Notes: generated by a model not told the origin, from the letters alone. 64,000 bases of DNA from Candidatus Nomurabacteria bacterium (GCA_026395995.1 JAPLXQ010000010.1:146400-210399); one strand, 5' to 3'. Shown: positions 36,186 to 45,007, counted from the stretch's first letter. A program made the numbers and translations.

Positions 36186-36216
36186 GGAAATAAAAAAAGG
36201 GAACTTGGTAGTTCCC
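36186..36216 (-). terminator. rho-independent terminator for the minus-strand ORF 36223-36633
   Basis: gggaactaccaagttccc then tttttttatttcc on the minus strand. Confidence 0.5.
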
Positions 36217-36222
36217 TTGAAT

Positions 36223-36633
36223 TTAGATTTTTGCAAAAGCTTTTTTTAGAATTTTCTTTTCATCTTCGTTTCCTTTTAAGGCAATGAATTCCTCGAGTTT
36301 TTTCATTATTTCTAATTCTCTTGTTTTGCATTGCTTGATTTTTTTTATAAAAAATCCTTTAAAACAAAAAATCAAGAAAAATAGTAAGAAAGTTCCCAAA
36401 AATATACTAAATTGTGTAAGTATATTAGGTATGCGTTGGGCGATTAAAAATGCGATTATTCCTGCCACCATAGAAGATGATAAAATACCGAACTTGCTCA
36501 TGATTTTTTCAAAGTTAATCTTTTCAGATTCTTTTATTAAATCAAAAAGTTCTGCACCAACTTTTGTTTTTTTAAGCTCTTCGAGCTCACGTTCTTTGTA
36601 GCCTTCTGCTCGGCCTGTGTCGTACTGATTCAT
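36223..36633 (-). CDS. hypothetical membrane protein
   Basis: Two TM helices in the middle. Confidence 0.3.
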   Translation of the reverse strand: MNQYDTGRAEGYKERELEELKKTKVGAELFDLIKESEKINFEKIMSKFGILSSSMVAGIIAFLIAQRIPNILTQFSIFLGTFLLFFLIFCFKGFFIKKIKQCKTRELEIMKKLEEFIALKGNEDEKKILKKAFAKI

Positions 36634-36738
36634 TTTTTTTGGTATTAAATTGTTTATGTGCAGAAGCTCTAGGACTTCTGCTTGAATTAGTGAAGCAGAC
36701 TAGATGCTTTTATTTAAAATTATGATACTATGTAGCGT

Positions 36739-38118
36739 ATGCAAAGTCAACCCCAAAAAATCGCTCTGCTCTCACGGGGCAGGGAATTAAAAAAAACTAT
36801 ATTACCAGATAAACCCGGTGTTTATTTTTTTATGCGTGGCAAGGATATTTTATATATCGGAAAGGCGACGAGTTTGAGGGATAGAACAAAGAGCTACTTC
36901 GGTAAAGATTTAATAAATACTCGCGGACCGTTGATATTGGATATGGTTTTTAAGGCGGATGGACTGAAGTGGCAGGAGACTGACACCGTTTTGGAAGCGC
37001 TTATTTTAGAAGCGAATCTGATAAAGAAACATCAGCCGTATTACAATACGAAAGAGAAGGATGACAAGAGTTTTAATTATGTTTGTATAACCCGCCCGCT
37101 AACGCCTGAGCGTAGCGATGGCGGGCGGGCTAAAGATGAACTTCCAAAAGTTTTAATTGTTCGTGGTAGAAATCTAAATATACGCCATGGCGTATATTCT
37201 AAAATTTATGGGCCTTTTCCAAATGGCGGGCAATTGAAAGAAGCTTTACGGTTGATAAGAAAAATATTTCCATTCTTGGATGAAAAATCTCGCATTCAGG
37301 GAACGTATGAATTCTATAAGCAGATCAAACTCATTCCAGAACAAAAGGAAATGCTTTTCCAAAATATAAAAAATATTAAACTTCTTTTTGAAGGTAAGAA
37401 AAAATCAATATTAAAAAATTTAGAAAAAGAAATGAAAATGTATGCGAAAGCACATTCGTTTGAAAAAGCAGGGGAAATAAAAAGACAGATTTTTGCCTTG
37501 CAACATATTCAAGATGTGTCGCTGATTAAAGAGGAATTTAATTCCTTTCCCCCTTCGCTAAGGGGGAAAATGAAAGGGGGTGTTGAATCAAAGCACCCCA
37601 CCTCAATCCTCCCCTTGGCGAAGGGGAGGAGGAACTCAAATGCATTTCGCATTGAAGCATACGACATCGCACATATGTCCGGCCAAAATATGGTGGGTGT
37701 GATGGTGGTACTCGAAGATGGTGAAATTGCGAAAAATGAATATAGAAAATTTATTATCAAAGGTTTTACTAATTCAAATGATGTGGGGGCATTGGCAGAA
37801 GTTCTTACTCGTCGATTCAAACACACTGAATGGAGGAATCCTGACTTGATAGTTGTCGACGGAAGTACAGCACAGCTAAATGTCGCAAAGAAAATTTTGA
37901 AAGAATACAAACTAGAAATTCCTATTTCTGCAGTAGTAAAAGACGATAGACATAAAGCCAAGATGATATTAATGCCAAATTCACCTCACCCCAACCCTCT
38001 CCTTGTAAAGGAGAGGGAGAAGTCTCTTAAAAAAGATATATTGCTCTCAAACAGTGAAGCACATCGATTCGCTATTACATACTATCGTCAAAAAAGTAGA
38101 AAAAATATGTTAAAATAA
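36739..38118 (+). CDS. uvrC: excinuclease ABC subunit C (short form), with in-frame palindromic-element insertions
   Basis: GIY-YIG N-terminus (KPGVYFFMRGKDILYIGKATSLRDR), UvrC homology region, RNase-H-like endonuclease domain (RIEAYDIAHMSGQNMVGVMVV). No C-terminal HhH seen. Insert FPPSLRGKMKGGVESKHPTSILPLAKGRRNS. Confidence 0.85.
   Translation: MQSQPQKIALLSRGRELKKTILPDKPGVYFFMRGKDILYIGKATSLRDRTKSYFGKDLINTRGPLILDMVFKADGLKWQETDTVLEALILEANLIKKHQPYYNTKEKDDKSFNYVCITRPLTPERSDGGRAKDELPKVLIVRGRNLNIRHGVYSKIYGPFPNGGQLKEALRLIRKIFPFLDEKSRIQGTYEFYKQIKLIPEQKEMLFQNIKNIKLLFEGKKKSILKNLEKEMKMYAKAHSFEKAGEIKRQIFALQHIQDVSLIKEEFNSFPPSLRGKMKGGVESKHPTSILPLAKGRRNSNAFRIEAYDIAHMSGQNMVGVMVVLEDGEIAKNEYRKFIIKGFTNSNDVGALAEVLTRRFKHTEWRNPDLIVVDGSTAQLNVAKKILKEYKLEIPISAVVKDDRHKAKMILMPNSPHPNPLLVKEREKSLKKDILLSNSEAHRFAITYYRQKSRKNMLK
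37091..37130. repeat. second, different GC-rich palindrome in-frame in uvrC
   Basis: cccgcccgc-taacgcctgagcgtagcgat-ggcgggcggg encodes PLTPERSDGGRAK in an otherwise AT-rich gene. Confidence 0.4.
37543..37632. repeat. GC-rich compound palindromic element in-frame in uvrC
   Basis: Near-identical to the 31039 and 33506 copies. Confidence 0.75.
37981..38020. repeat. half-copy (right arm) of the palindromic element in-frame near the uvrC C-terminus
   Basis: cacctcaccccaaccctctcc-ttgtaaa-ggagaggg resembles caccccaccccaaccctcccc-ttggcgaa-ggggaggg. Confidence 0.5.
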
Positions 38119-38122
38119 AAGT

Positions 38123-39064
38123 ATGATAAAAGTCGGCATATTGCGTGGTGGAATAGGAGAAGATTATTTTGAATCTCTAGAAAAAGGAGGAGAAATTATT
38201 TCTTATATTCAGGAAAATTTTCCTGATAAATTTCAACCTATAGATATTTTAGTAGACAGAGAAGGTGTTTGGCATTATCGTGGTCTACCTGTTTTACCAA
38301 TAGATTTAAAAAATAAAGTAGACATTGTTTGGCACACAGGATCATTTGATGGAAAAAATATTTTAGAAAATATTTCTATACCACATATTTCTGATGCTGG
38401 ATTTGGTTCTTCTGTAACAAAAGACAGATCTATTTTAGAGCGCCATATGGCAAATCTTGGAATTAAAATATCTAAGCACGTTGTTTTACCAGCTTATAAT
38501 TTTGAATTTGATGGGCCGGTAGATAAATATTTTATGAAGAAAGCAATGCAAATTTTTGAAAAATTCTCTTCACCTTGGACAGTGAAAAGTTTTACACCTG
38601 ATAGTTCGCTAGGAATACATATTGCAAAGACTTTTCCAGAACTTGTACAAGCTCTTACAGAAATTGCTCAAAGTGGAAAAAGTATTTTAGTCGAAGAATT
38701 AATAGCAGGGAAGAAGGCATCAGTACACTCACTCTCAAATTTTCGAGGAGAAAAAATCTACTCTTTTCCACCTATTGAACATCGAAATGGTGAAGTATTT
38801 GCTCCTGGTAATTTTTCTCAATCTGAAAAAGAAGAAATGCTTTCGTTGGTGAGAGATATTTTTTCACATATGAGTGCAGAGCATTATATGCAGTCAGACT
38901 TTGTGATTCAACCAAATAGAGGTATCATTCTAACCAATGTCACATTTATTCCTGATTTTAAAAGCAACTCACCTTTTTCACGGTCTACCGATGCTGTGGG
39001 TTCGACTACTGCATCTGTTTTTGAACAGATAATAAATAATACATTGAATAAAAGTTTGCAATAA
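38123..39064 (+). CDS. ddl: D-alanine--D-alanine ligase-like ATP-grasp enzyme
   Basis: N-terminus MIKVGILRGGIGEDYFESL resembles Ddl (KIGVLFGG.S.EHEVSL); ATP-grasp length. The substrate is uncertain. Confidence 0.6.
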   Translation: MIKVGILRGGIGEDYFESLEKGGEIISYIQENFPDKFQPIDILVDREGVWHYRGLPVLPIDLKNKVDIVWHTGSFDGKNILENISIPHISDAGFGSSVTKDRSILERHMANLGIKISKHVVLPAYNFEFDGPVDKYFMKKAMQIFEKFSSPWTVKSFTPDSSLGIHIAKTFPELVQALTEIAQSGKSILVEELIAGKKASVHSLSNFRGEKIYSFPPIEHRNGEVFAPGNFSQSEKEEMLSLVRDIFSHMSAEHYMQSDFVIQPNRGIILTNVTFIPDFKSNSPFSRSTDAVGSTTASVFEQIINNTLNKSLQ

Positions 39065-39099
39065 AATTTAAATGCGGTAGTATATATAAGTGTTTAGCT

Positions 39100-39176
39100 G
39101 GGCCCTTAGCTCATCTGGCTAGAGCGCCTCATTTGCAATGAGGAGGTGGCAGGTTCGAGTCCTGTAGGGTCCACCA
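39100..39176 (+). tRNA. tRNA-Ala (anticodon UGC), CCA encoded
   Basis: Manual fold: acceptor GGGCCCT/AGGGTCC with a G3:U70 identity pair, anticodon loop TTTGCAA, T-loop TTCGAGT, 3' ACCA. Confidence 0.9.
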
Positions 39177-39180
39177 CAAT

Positions 39181-39215
39181 ATAAAAACCTACCTCCTGGT
39201 AGGTTTTTATATTGT
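39181..39215 (+). terminator. rho-independent terminator
   Basis: aaaaacctacc-tcctg-gtaggttttt. Confidence 0.5.
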
Positions 39216-39306
39216 GGACCCTTTGAACTATATTTAAACAGTATACAAAAGGTTGTTTTTTCTTTAAATTCTGCTAAAATAGTCTTGTTATTGGTAATAA
39301 CCGTAT

Positions 39307-39378
39307 TCGGGAGTAGCTCAGCGGTAGAGCGGTCGCCTGTTAAGCGATTGGTCGTAGGTTCGATCCCTACCTCCCGAG
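39307..39378 (+). tRNA. tRNA-Asn (anticodon GUU)
   Basis: Manual fold: acceptor TCGGGAG/CTCCCGA, D-arm GCTCAGCGGTAGAGC, anticodon loop CTGTTAA, T-loop TTCGATC. Confidence 0.9.
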
Positions 39379-39392
39379 CCTGTTAAAATCTT

Positions 39393-39424
39393 GAGCGCCC
39401 TTCGGGGCGCTTTTGATTTTTTAT
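39393..39424 (+). terminator. rho-independent terminator
   Basis: gagcgccc-ttcg-gggcgc then ttttgatttttt. Confidence 0.6.
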
Positions 39425-39449
39425 AATATTATTGATAATATAACTTGTA

Positions 39450-40109
39450 ATGACAAATACAAACATAGATTTCTGGATGAGAATAATTGAGAACCCTTCA
39501 CCTATTTATAAAGAGCTTTTTAAGCAAGAAAAGATATATCTTACATCTAAAATTTTACCAAATGTAAATGTTTTAGATGTTGGATGTGGTGATGGAAGAA
39601 TAATAAAAATTATTACAGAAAATACAAAAAATATTGTTGGTATAGACAATGACCCCATTGCTATTAAAAATGCAAGAAATCAATTAATAGAATTTCCTTC
39701 TACTAAACTAGTAGAAGGAGATGGTCTTAATATGCCTTTTGTAAATGAATCATTTGATATTATTGTATTTATGATGACTCTTGTTAATTTTGGAAACAAT
39801 AAGATTTCTGTTTTAAAAGAAATAAATAGGGTTCTAAAAAGAGATGGAATATTATTATTAAGTGTATATTCGGAAGATGCTTATGAAACTCGGCTTAAAA
39901 TGTATACTGAGATTGGGCTACCAATTAAAAATTATGAAAATGGAAAATTTGTTTTTAATGCAATGGCAAGTGCTGAAACTTCACAACAATTTTCAATAGA
40001 AGAGTTATCTTCTTTAGTAAAAGAAGGTGGTTTTAAAATTACTGATACTTATAAAATCGATAAAATTGCTTATATATGTACTCTTCAAAAAATAAGTAAT
40101 ATGATATAA
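39450..40109 (+). CDS. class I SAM-dependent methyltransferase
   Basis: Motif I VLDVGCGDGR, motif II/III spacing. Confidence 0.7.
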   Translation: MTNTNIDFWMRIIENPSPIYKELFKQEKIYLTSKILPNVNVLDVGCGDGRIIKIITENTKNIVGIDNDPIAIKNARNQLIEFPSTKLVEGDGLNMPFVNESFDIIVFMMTLVNFGNNKISVLKEINRVLKRDGILLLSVYSEDAYETRLKMYTEIGLPIKNYENGKFVFNAMASAETSQQFSIEELSSLVKEGGFKITDTYKIDKIAYICTLQKISNMI

Positions 40110-40116
40110 TTTCGAC

Positions 40117-40647
40117 ATGATATATCTTATTGGAGGAACTCCACGAGTTGGAAAAAGCACTCTTTCTTCTCTTATTTTAGAACGAAATAATATTTCTGTA
40201 CTTTCAACTGATGTTATAAGAAATCTTATTGATTTTGCACCCACAAAAGTAGGAATTAAAGATTTACCGGTCAAAGAAAAATCTGAAGCATTTTTCCCTT
40301 ATTTTTTGCAATTGTTAAAAATACTTCAAAACAAATACACTGACTATGTTATTGAGGGGGATTTATTTACTCCAGAACAACTTTCAACCATACAAGAACA
40401 AATACAGTTTAAATGTTGTTTCCTTGGTACAAGTAACATAACTCTTGATGATCTTAAAAATGTAAAAACAGAACATGATTGGGTAAGTAAATTCCCAGAA
40501 AAAGTACAACAGAAATTACCACAACAATTTATGGAAAGAAGTGCTATCACTAAGGTTGAAGCTGAAAAATGTAATTTCCCTTATTTTGATATTTATCCTG
40601 ATAGAGACAAGTCAATTGAAGCAGCTTACGATTCGTTATTTAAATAA
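40117..40647 (+). CDS. P-loop NTPase, small-molecule/nucleotide kinase-like
   Basis: Walker A GGTPRVGKST at the N-terminus, ~175 aa. Confidence 0.5.
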   Translation: MIYLIGGTPRVGKSTLSSLILERNNISVLSTDVIRNLIDFAPTKVGIKDLPVKEKSEAFFPYFLQLLKILQNKYTDYVIEGDLFTPEQLSTIQEQIQFKCCFLGTSNITLDDLKNVKTEHDWVSKFPEKVQQKLPQQFMERSAITKVEAEKCNFPYFDIYPDRDKSIEAAYDSLFK

Positions 40648-40739
40648 TTTTTAATAGCCTTCCAAGTTTGGATTATTGACTTTTTGTTTGTATATGATAA
40701 TGTAAAGAAAAATATTCTTTAACTTTTTAATTTATAAAA

Positions 40740-41138
40740 ATGAAAATATACACAATTCTTTTAATCACTTCTGACAAGTCAGGAAGTGTAATGGCAATGT
40801 TACAATCAAGTCATTCTCCTCAAATACCAAGAATAATAATAGCTGGTGGTCCTGATGCATTAAAAGATGCTTGGAAACAGCAACAAGATGGTTTCTATTT
40901 CTATGATCGTGTTTGTACTTTTTTACCACATGACAAAGAGCTTCTTGATGCAAAAAAAATACTAGGTATTGAAGATGGTTTTTTTAGTAACAAGAAGGAA
41001 TCACCTAGAACATGTCCAAGGTGTAAGGGAAGAAAGGTTGACCCATACCATTTTCAAGATGATTGTCAGAGATGTGGTGGAATAGGAGAAGTTTGTGGCG
41101 ATGAAAGCAAATGGTCTCCGCCTCAATTTGTTGATTAA
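40740..41138 (+). CDS. hypothetical protein with a C-terminal zinc-ribbon-like Cys cluster (CPRC...CQRCGG..C)
   Basis: ORF track. Confidence 0.3.
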   Translation: MKIYTILLITSDKSGSVMAMLQSSHSPQIPRIIIAGGPDALKDAWKQQQDGFYFYDRVCTFLPHDKELLDAKKILGIEDGFFSNKKESPRTCPRCKGRKVDPYHFQDDCQRCGGIGEVCGDESKWSPPQFVD

Positions 41139-41320
41139 AAGTCATTTGTTGATTTTAATAAAGAACTCGTCAATTTTGATGGGTTCTTTTTTTTTGTTTC
41201 TCACTCAAAATTTCTACTTAAAACATTGTATACAACAAAAATACCCCACCTCGCCCCAATAGGAGAGTACAAATTGACTTTTCAAACTATATATGCTATA
41301 CTATATCTAGTATAGATTCT

Positions 41321-41692
41321 TTGAAAATACCCTTTTGTTTGTTATTGGCTTGGGTACTCTGTGCATTTTGTGCTCAGAGCACCCAAGCCAAAAGCTCAAA
41401 AACGGGGATAAAAATGAAAAATATATGTATTTTATTATTGAGTATTATCTTAGGAGTACTCACAAGTTGTGATGGTATTCCACAAAATGGTGCACAAATT
41501 ATTTCAGGTAAAGGATCTGACACTCTTAAGATCCCAACCCAGGAGGGAAGTATTATAGAAAGTATTAATAATGTAGGTAATAGTGTTTCTATTAAATACA
41601 AAAATATTACTTCAAATTCTTCCTTTACCAAGGAATATTTTAAAACTGCTTTCATGAGTAAATCAGGAGATCAGTATGTAATTAAATTTTAA
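41321..41692 (+). CDS. small secreted protein / probable lipoprotein (lipobox LTSC if started at the internal Met at 41411)
   Basis: Two in-frame hydrophobic leaders; MKNICILLLSIILGVLTSC fits a lipoprotein signal. Confidence 0.4.
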   Translation: MKIPFCLLLAWVLCAFCAQSTQAKSSKTGIKMKNICILLLSIILGVLTSCDGIPQNGAQIISGKGSDTLKIPTQEGSIIESINNVGNSVSIKYKNITSNSSFTKEYFKTAFMSKSGDQYVIKF

Positions 41693-41796
41693 ATTTAAAA
41701 TATAAAGTAAGGGATTAGAGTCTTTTAAAAAATGACTCATTAATTAACAAAAAAATAAAAAAAGGAACTTATAAAGTTCCTTTTTTTATTTTAATA

Positions 41797-42309
41797 TTGG
41801 TTTTAATTTGTAGTATAATTCATATTATGAAAAAAGTTTTAACTTTATGTATGGTTTTGAAAGACAATCAGATTCTTTTGGGTATGAAGAAGAGAGGTTT
41901 CGGTGCTGGTAGATGGAATGGTTTTGGTGGAAAATTGGAAGAGTCAGAAATAGTAGAAGATGGAGCTCTTCGCGAATTAGAAGAAGAAGTGGGAATTAAA
42001 GCTTCGGCCATGAAAAAAGTTGGTATTTTAGATTTTTCATTTGAAAATGATCCAAAAATTCTTGAAGTTCATATTTTTAAAGTTTTAGATTATACTGGAG
42101 AGCCGACAGAGAGTGAAGAGATGAGACCTCAATGGTTTTCTTTTGAAAATATTCCATTTGATCAAATGTGGTCTGATGATATATTTTGGCTGCCTTTATT
42201 ATTAAAAAATAAACTTTTTAAAGGAAATTTTTTGTTTGACAGACCTTCTGATGCTGAATATTCAGCAAAAATAATTAATCAAAATTTAGAAGAAGTGCTT
42301 AGTCTTTAA
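41797..42309 (+). CDS. NUDIX hydrolase
   Basis: Nudix box GGKLEESEIVEDGALRELEEEVGI. Confidence 0.8.
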   Translation: MVLICSIIHIMKKVLTLCMVLKDNQILLGMKKRGFGAGRWNGFGGKLEESEIVEDGALRELEEEVGIKASAMKKVGILDFSFENDPKILEVHIFKVLDYTGEPTESEEMRPQWFSFENIPFDQMWSDDIFWLPLLLKNKLFKGNFLFDRPSDAEYSAKIINQNLEEVLSL

Positions 42310-42335
42310 TTTATTTAGTATGATATACTAAATTT

Positions 42336-42923
42336 ATGAATATAAAACTAATTTTCAGTACAATTTCGATTGCTGTCGCAGCAGCTAGTTATATTCCATA
42401 TTTTAGGGATATATTTAAAAATAAAACTAAGCCACACCTATTTTCTTGGTTTATTTTCTCTATTACAACAGGTATAATCTTTGCACTTCAGATGCAGGGT
42501 GGTGCTGGTGTCGGTGGTTGGATTACACTTATTTTAGCTTTTATTTTCTTTGCGATTTTCATTTTGAGTATTAAATATGGAACAAAAGATATTAAGTTTA
42601 TTGATATTATTTTTTTGGTATTAGCATTATTGGCTATACCTATCTGGCTTATTGCAAAACAACCAATTATTTCTGTTTTGCTTTTAACTACTATTGATAT
42701 GTTAGGATTTGCACCAACCATACGTAAGTCATGGAATAATCCGTATTCTGAGACCTTATCTATGTATGCAATAACTATTGCAAGATATGTTTTAGTTTTT
42801 CCTTCACTTGAAGCTTACAATATTCTTACATTAATCTTTCCTATTGTTTGGTTTTTTGCAAATGTTTTATTAGTTATTGTGTTAGTACATAGACGTAAAA
42901 TTGTACCTCAAGTAAATATTTAA
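42336..42923 (+). CDS. hypothetical integral membrane protein (about 6 TM helices)
   Basis: Hydrophobicity pattern. Confidence 0.35.
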   Translation: MNIKLIFSTISIAVAAASYIPYFRDIFKNKTKPHLFSWFIFSITTGIIFALQMQGGAGVGGWITLILAFIFFAIFILSIKYGTKDIKFIDIIFLVLALLAIPIWLIAKQPIISVLLLTTIDMLGFAPTIRKSWNNPYSETLSMYAITIARYVLVFPSLEAYNILTLIFPIVWFFANVLLVIVLVHRRKIVPQVNI

Positions 42924-42949
42924 ATTTGAACCTGTGATATAATCATTTT

Positions 42950-43513
42950 ATGATAAATATAAATAATTTAGTACCTGATTTTGAATTAGATGCATACCAA
43001 AATAGTGAAATAAAAAAAATAAAGATTTCTGATTACAAGGGAAAGTGGGTGGTTTTAATTTTTTACCCTGCTGATTTTACATTTGTTTGTCCCACAGAGC
43101 TTGAAGATGCCCAGAAGTATTATGAAGATGTAAAAAAGCTTGGAGGAGAAATAATGAGTATTAGCACAGACACTGCTTTTGCTCATAAGGCTTGGCATGA
43201 TAGCTCACCCGCGATAAGTAAAATACAATATCCAATGTTAGCTGATCCAACTGGGAATATTGCGAGAACATTTGGAACATATATCGAAAATGAAGGACTT
43301 TCTTTACGTGGTACTTTTATTGTTGATCCAGATGGTGTGTTGAAAACAATAGAAATTCATGATAATAATATCGGCCGAAGTGCAAAAGAGATGCTACGCA
43401 AGCTTGAAGCAGCAAAATTTACAAGAGAACATAGTGGAAATGTCTGTCCTGCTAGTTGGGAGCCAGGAGAAGAGACATTAAAGCCGGGTGTAGATTTGAT
43501 TGGTAAAATCTAA
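42950..43513 (+). CDS. ahpC: 2-Cys peroxiredoxin (AhpC/Prx1 family)
   Basis: FTFVCPTEL peroxidatic Cys motif; resolving Cys in GNVCPASW. Confidence 0.9.
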   Translation: MININNLVPDFELDAYQNSEIKKIKISDYKGKWVVLIFYPADFTFVCPTELEDAQKYYEDVKKLGGEIMSISTDTAFAHKAWHDSSPAISKIQYPMLADPTGNIARTFGTYIENEGLSLRGTFIVDPDGVLKTIEIHDNNIGRSAKEMLRKLEAAKFTREHSGNVCPASWEPGEETLKPGVDLIGKI

Positions 43514-43536
43514 TATAGTTAATATGTAATACATAT

Positions 43537-43938
43537 ATGAATAATCTAATTGAACAAGTGGCAAGCCTAATACATGAAAGCTGGAGAAAGGGGAGATATA
43601 ACTCAGAAACGAATTCATATGCTCCGAGAATTAAAATAGTACAAGATCAAGAGTGGATAAATAAACATGATGGTATAAATGAATTAGATATAGCCAATTC
43701 ACCATTTTCTGAGTTACCAGCTGATTGGCAACAAGAAAATATACTTTCAGCAACAGTGGCAATTGAAAAGATAAAAGATGCATTATTTTTAATTCATGAC
43801 AATTGGCTTGATCGTAATGATACATATGCCGATCCTGATCAAAAAGTGCAATATTCTCGTTTATCAAAAGATGAAAAAAATAAAGATATAGAAGTACTCG
43901 AAGATACTCTCAAAGTGATGCGAGCAATGGAAAAATAG
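43537..43938 (+). CDS. RyR-domain-like hypothetical protein
   Basis: LIHESWRKGRY...PFSELPADWQQEN resembles the bacterial ryanodine-receptor-domain pattern (IHE.W...GW.YG....P.L.P.eLPe). Confidence 0.4.
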   Translation: MNNLIEQVASLIHESWRKGRYNSETNSYAPRIKIVQDQEWINKHDGINELDIANSPFSELPADWQQENILSATVAIEKIKDALFLIHDNWLDRNDTYADPDQKVQYSRLSKDEKNKDIEVLEDTLKVMRAMEK

Positions 43939-44011
43939 TACGGTATCATTTTTTAATTTGACAAAATATGTAATAAAAAGTAAAGTTATTAAAAATCTTT
44001 AACTTTTTAAT

Positions 44012-45007
44012 ATGAAACAAACTATTATTAACACCCTTAAGGGTGTAGCTATTGGTGATGCTTTTGGTGTTGGTCTTGAGTTTAAAAGTCGTTTTTGGAT
44101 TAAAGAAAATGTCCATTTTGATAAATTTTTAAATACATGGATTGAGTGGAATGGAAAGAAAAATAATATTATGCCAGGTGCGTATTCAGATGATACTGAA
44201 CATACTTTTGGGGTGATTGAAGCATTACTTTCTCGTGAGCTATTTTTTGAGGAATTATTATTGTCAAAATTTAAACATGAATATGAGTACGATAAAGAAA
44301 AGAAAGGATTTTCACGGGATGGTCATGGATCTATTGAAAAATGGTACAAAGGAGAACAGGCTATTGATGAAGTTCGCAAAGAACAAGCAGTGCGTGCAGA
44401 TCCCGGGAATGGTCCGATTATGAGGTGTGTACCGTTAATATTTATTCCATTAGAAAAACGTTGGGATTACTGCTATATCAATGCTCATTCGACACATCCG
44501 GGTCCTGTAGCATACAATTCAACATTACTGGCAGTAGTGACCGGTTGGCATTTCTTGCGAAATAATGGAAATGCAGATAATTTGCTTGAGTATCTAATTG
44601 GTTTTTTTAATGAATATTTTCAAATAAAAAAGCAGTTGCAAATACTCGATAAACTTCCTGCACCAGATAAATTATCTGAAAAAGATTTTTTAATTCTTCA
44701 TGGAGAACAGCCAATACCTTATATTAAATTTGATACCAATGTATATGGATGCCCTGGGACAGCAATGAAGACCGCCCTTAATGTAGTTTATATTTTAAAG
44801 CATAGTAGTAGTGCCTTTGATGCTTTGAAAAATAGTATAAATATGGGAGGCGATGTAGATTCTCTTGCAGCGGTGTCTGTAGGTATAGCGGCAGGTAAAT
44901 ATGGCCTAGATTCTCTTCCTCAGTTTTTATTGGAGCAGACAGAAGGGCTTGAAAGAATGGAAATACTGGCTGGAAAATTATATGAAAAGTTTAAAGCAGA
45001 ATATTAA
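44012..45007 (+). CDS. ADP-ribosylglycohydrolase family protein
   Basis: N-terminus LKGVAIGDAFGVGLEF matches the family (GDALG.P.EF); C-terminal GGDVDSLAAVSVGIAAG matches the metal-binding motif. Confidence 0.7.
   Translation: MKQTIINTLKGVAIGDAFGVGLEFKSRFWIKENVHFDKFLNTWIEWNGKKNNIMPGAYSDDTEHTFGVIEALLSRELFFEELLLSKFKHEYEYDKEKKGFSRDGHGSIEKWYKGEQAIDEVRKEQAVRADPGNGPIMRCVPLIFIPLEKRWDYCYINAHSTHPGPVAYNSTLLAVVTGWHFLRNNGNADNLLEYLIGFFNEYFQIKKQLQILDKLPAPDKLSEKDFLILHGEQPIPYIKFDTNVYGCPGTAMKTALNVVYILKHSSSAFDALKNSINMGGDVDSLAAVSVGIAAGKYGLDSLPQFLLEQTEGLERMEILAGKLYEKFKAEY

Noticed and set aside
30331-37632. Mini-inteins in uvrA/uvrB/uvrC
   Set aside because: The inserts are only ~20-35 aa, lack intein blocks A/B/F/G and the terminal Cys/Ser...HN, and are DNA palindromes shared with non-coding copies.
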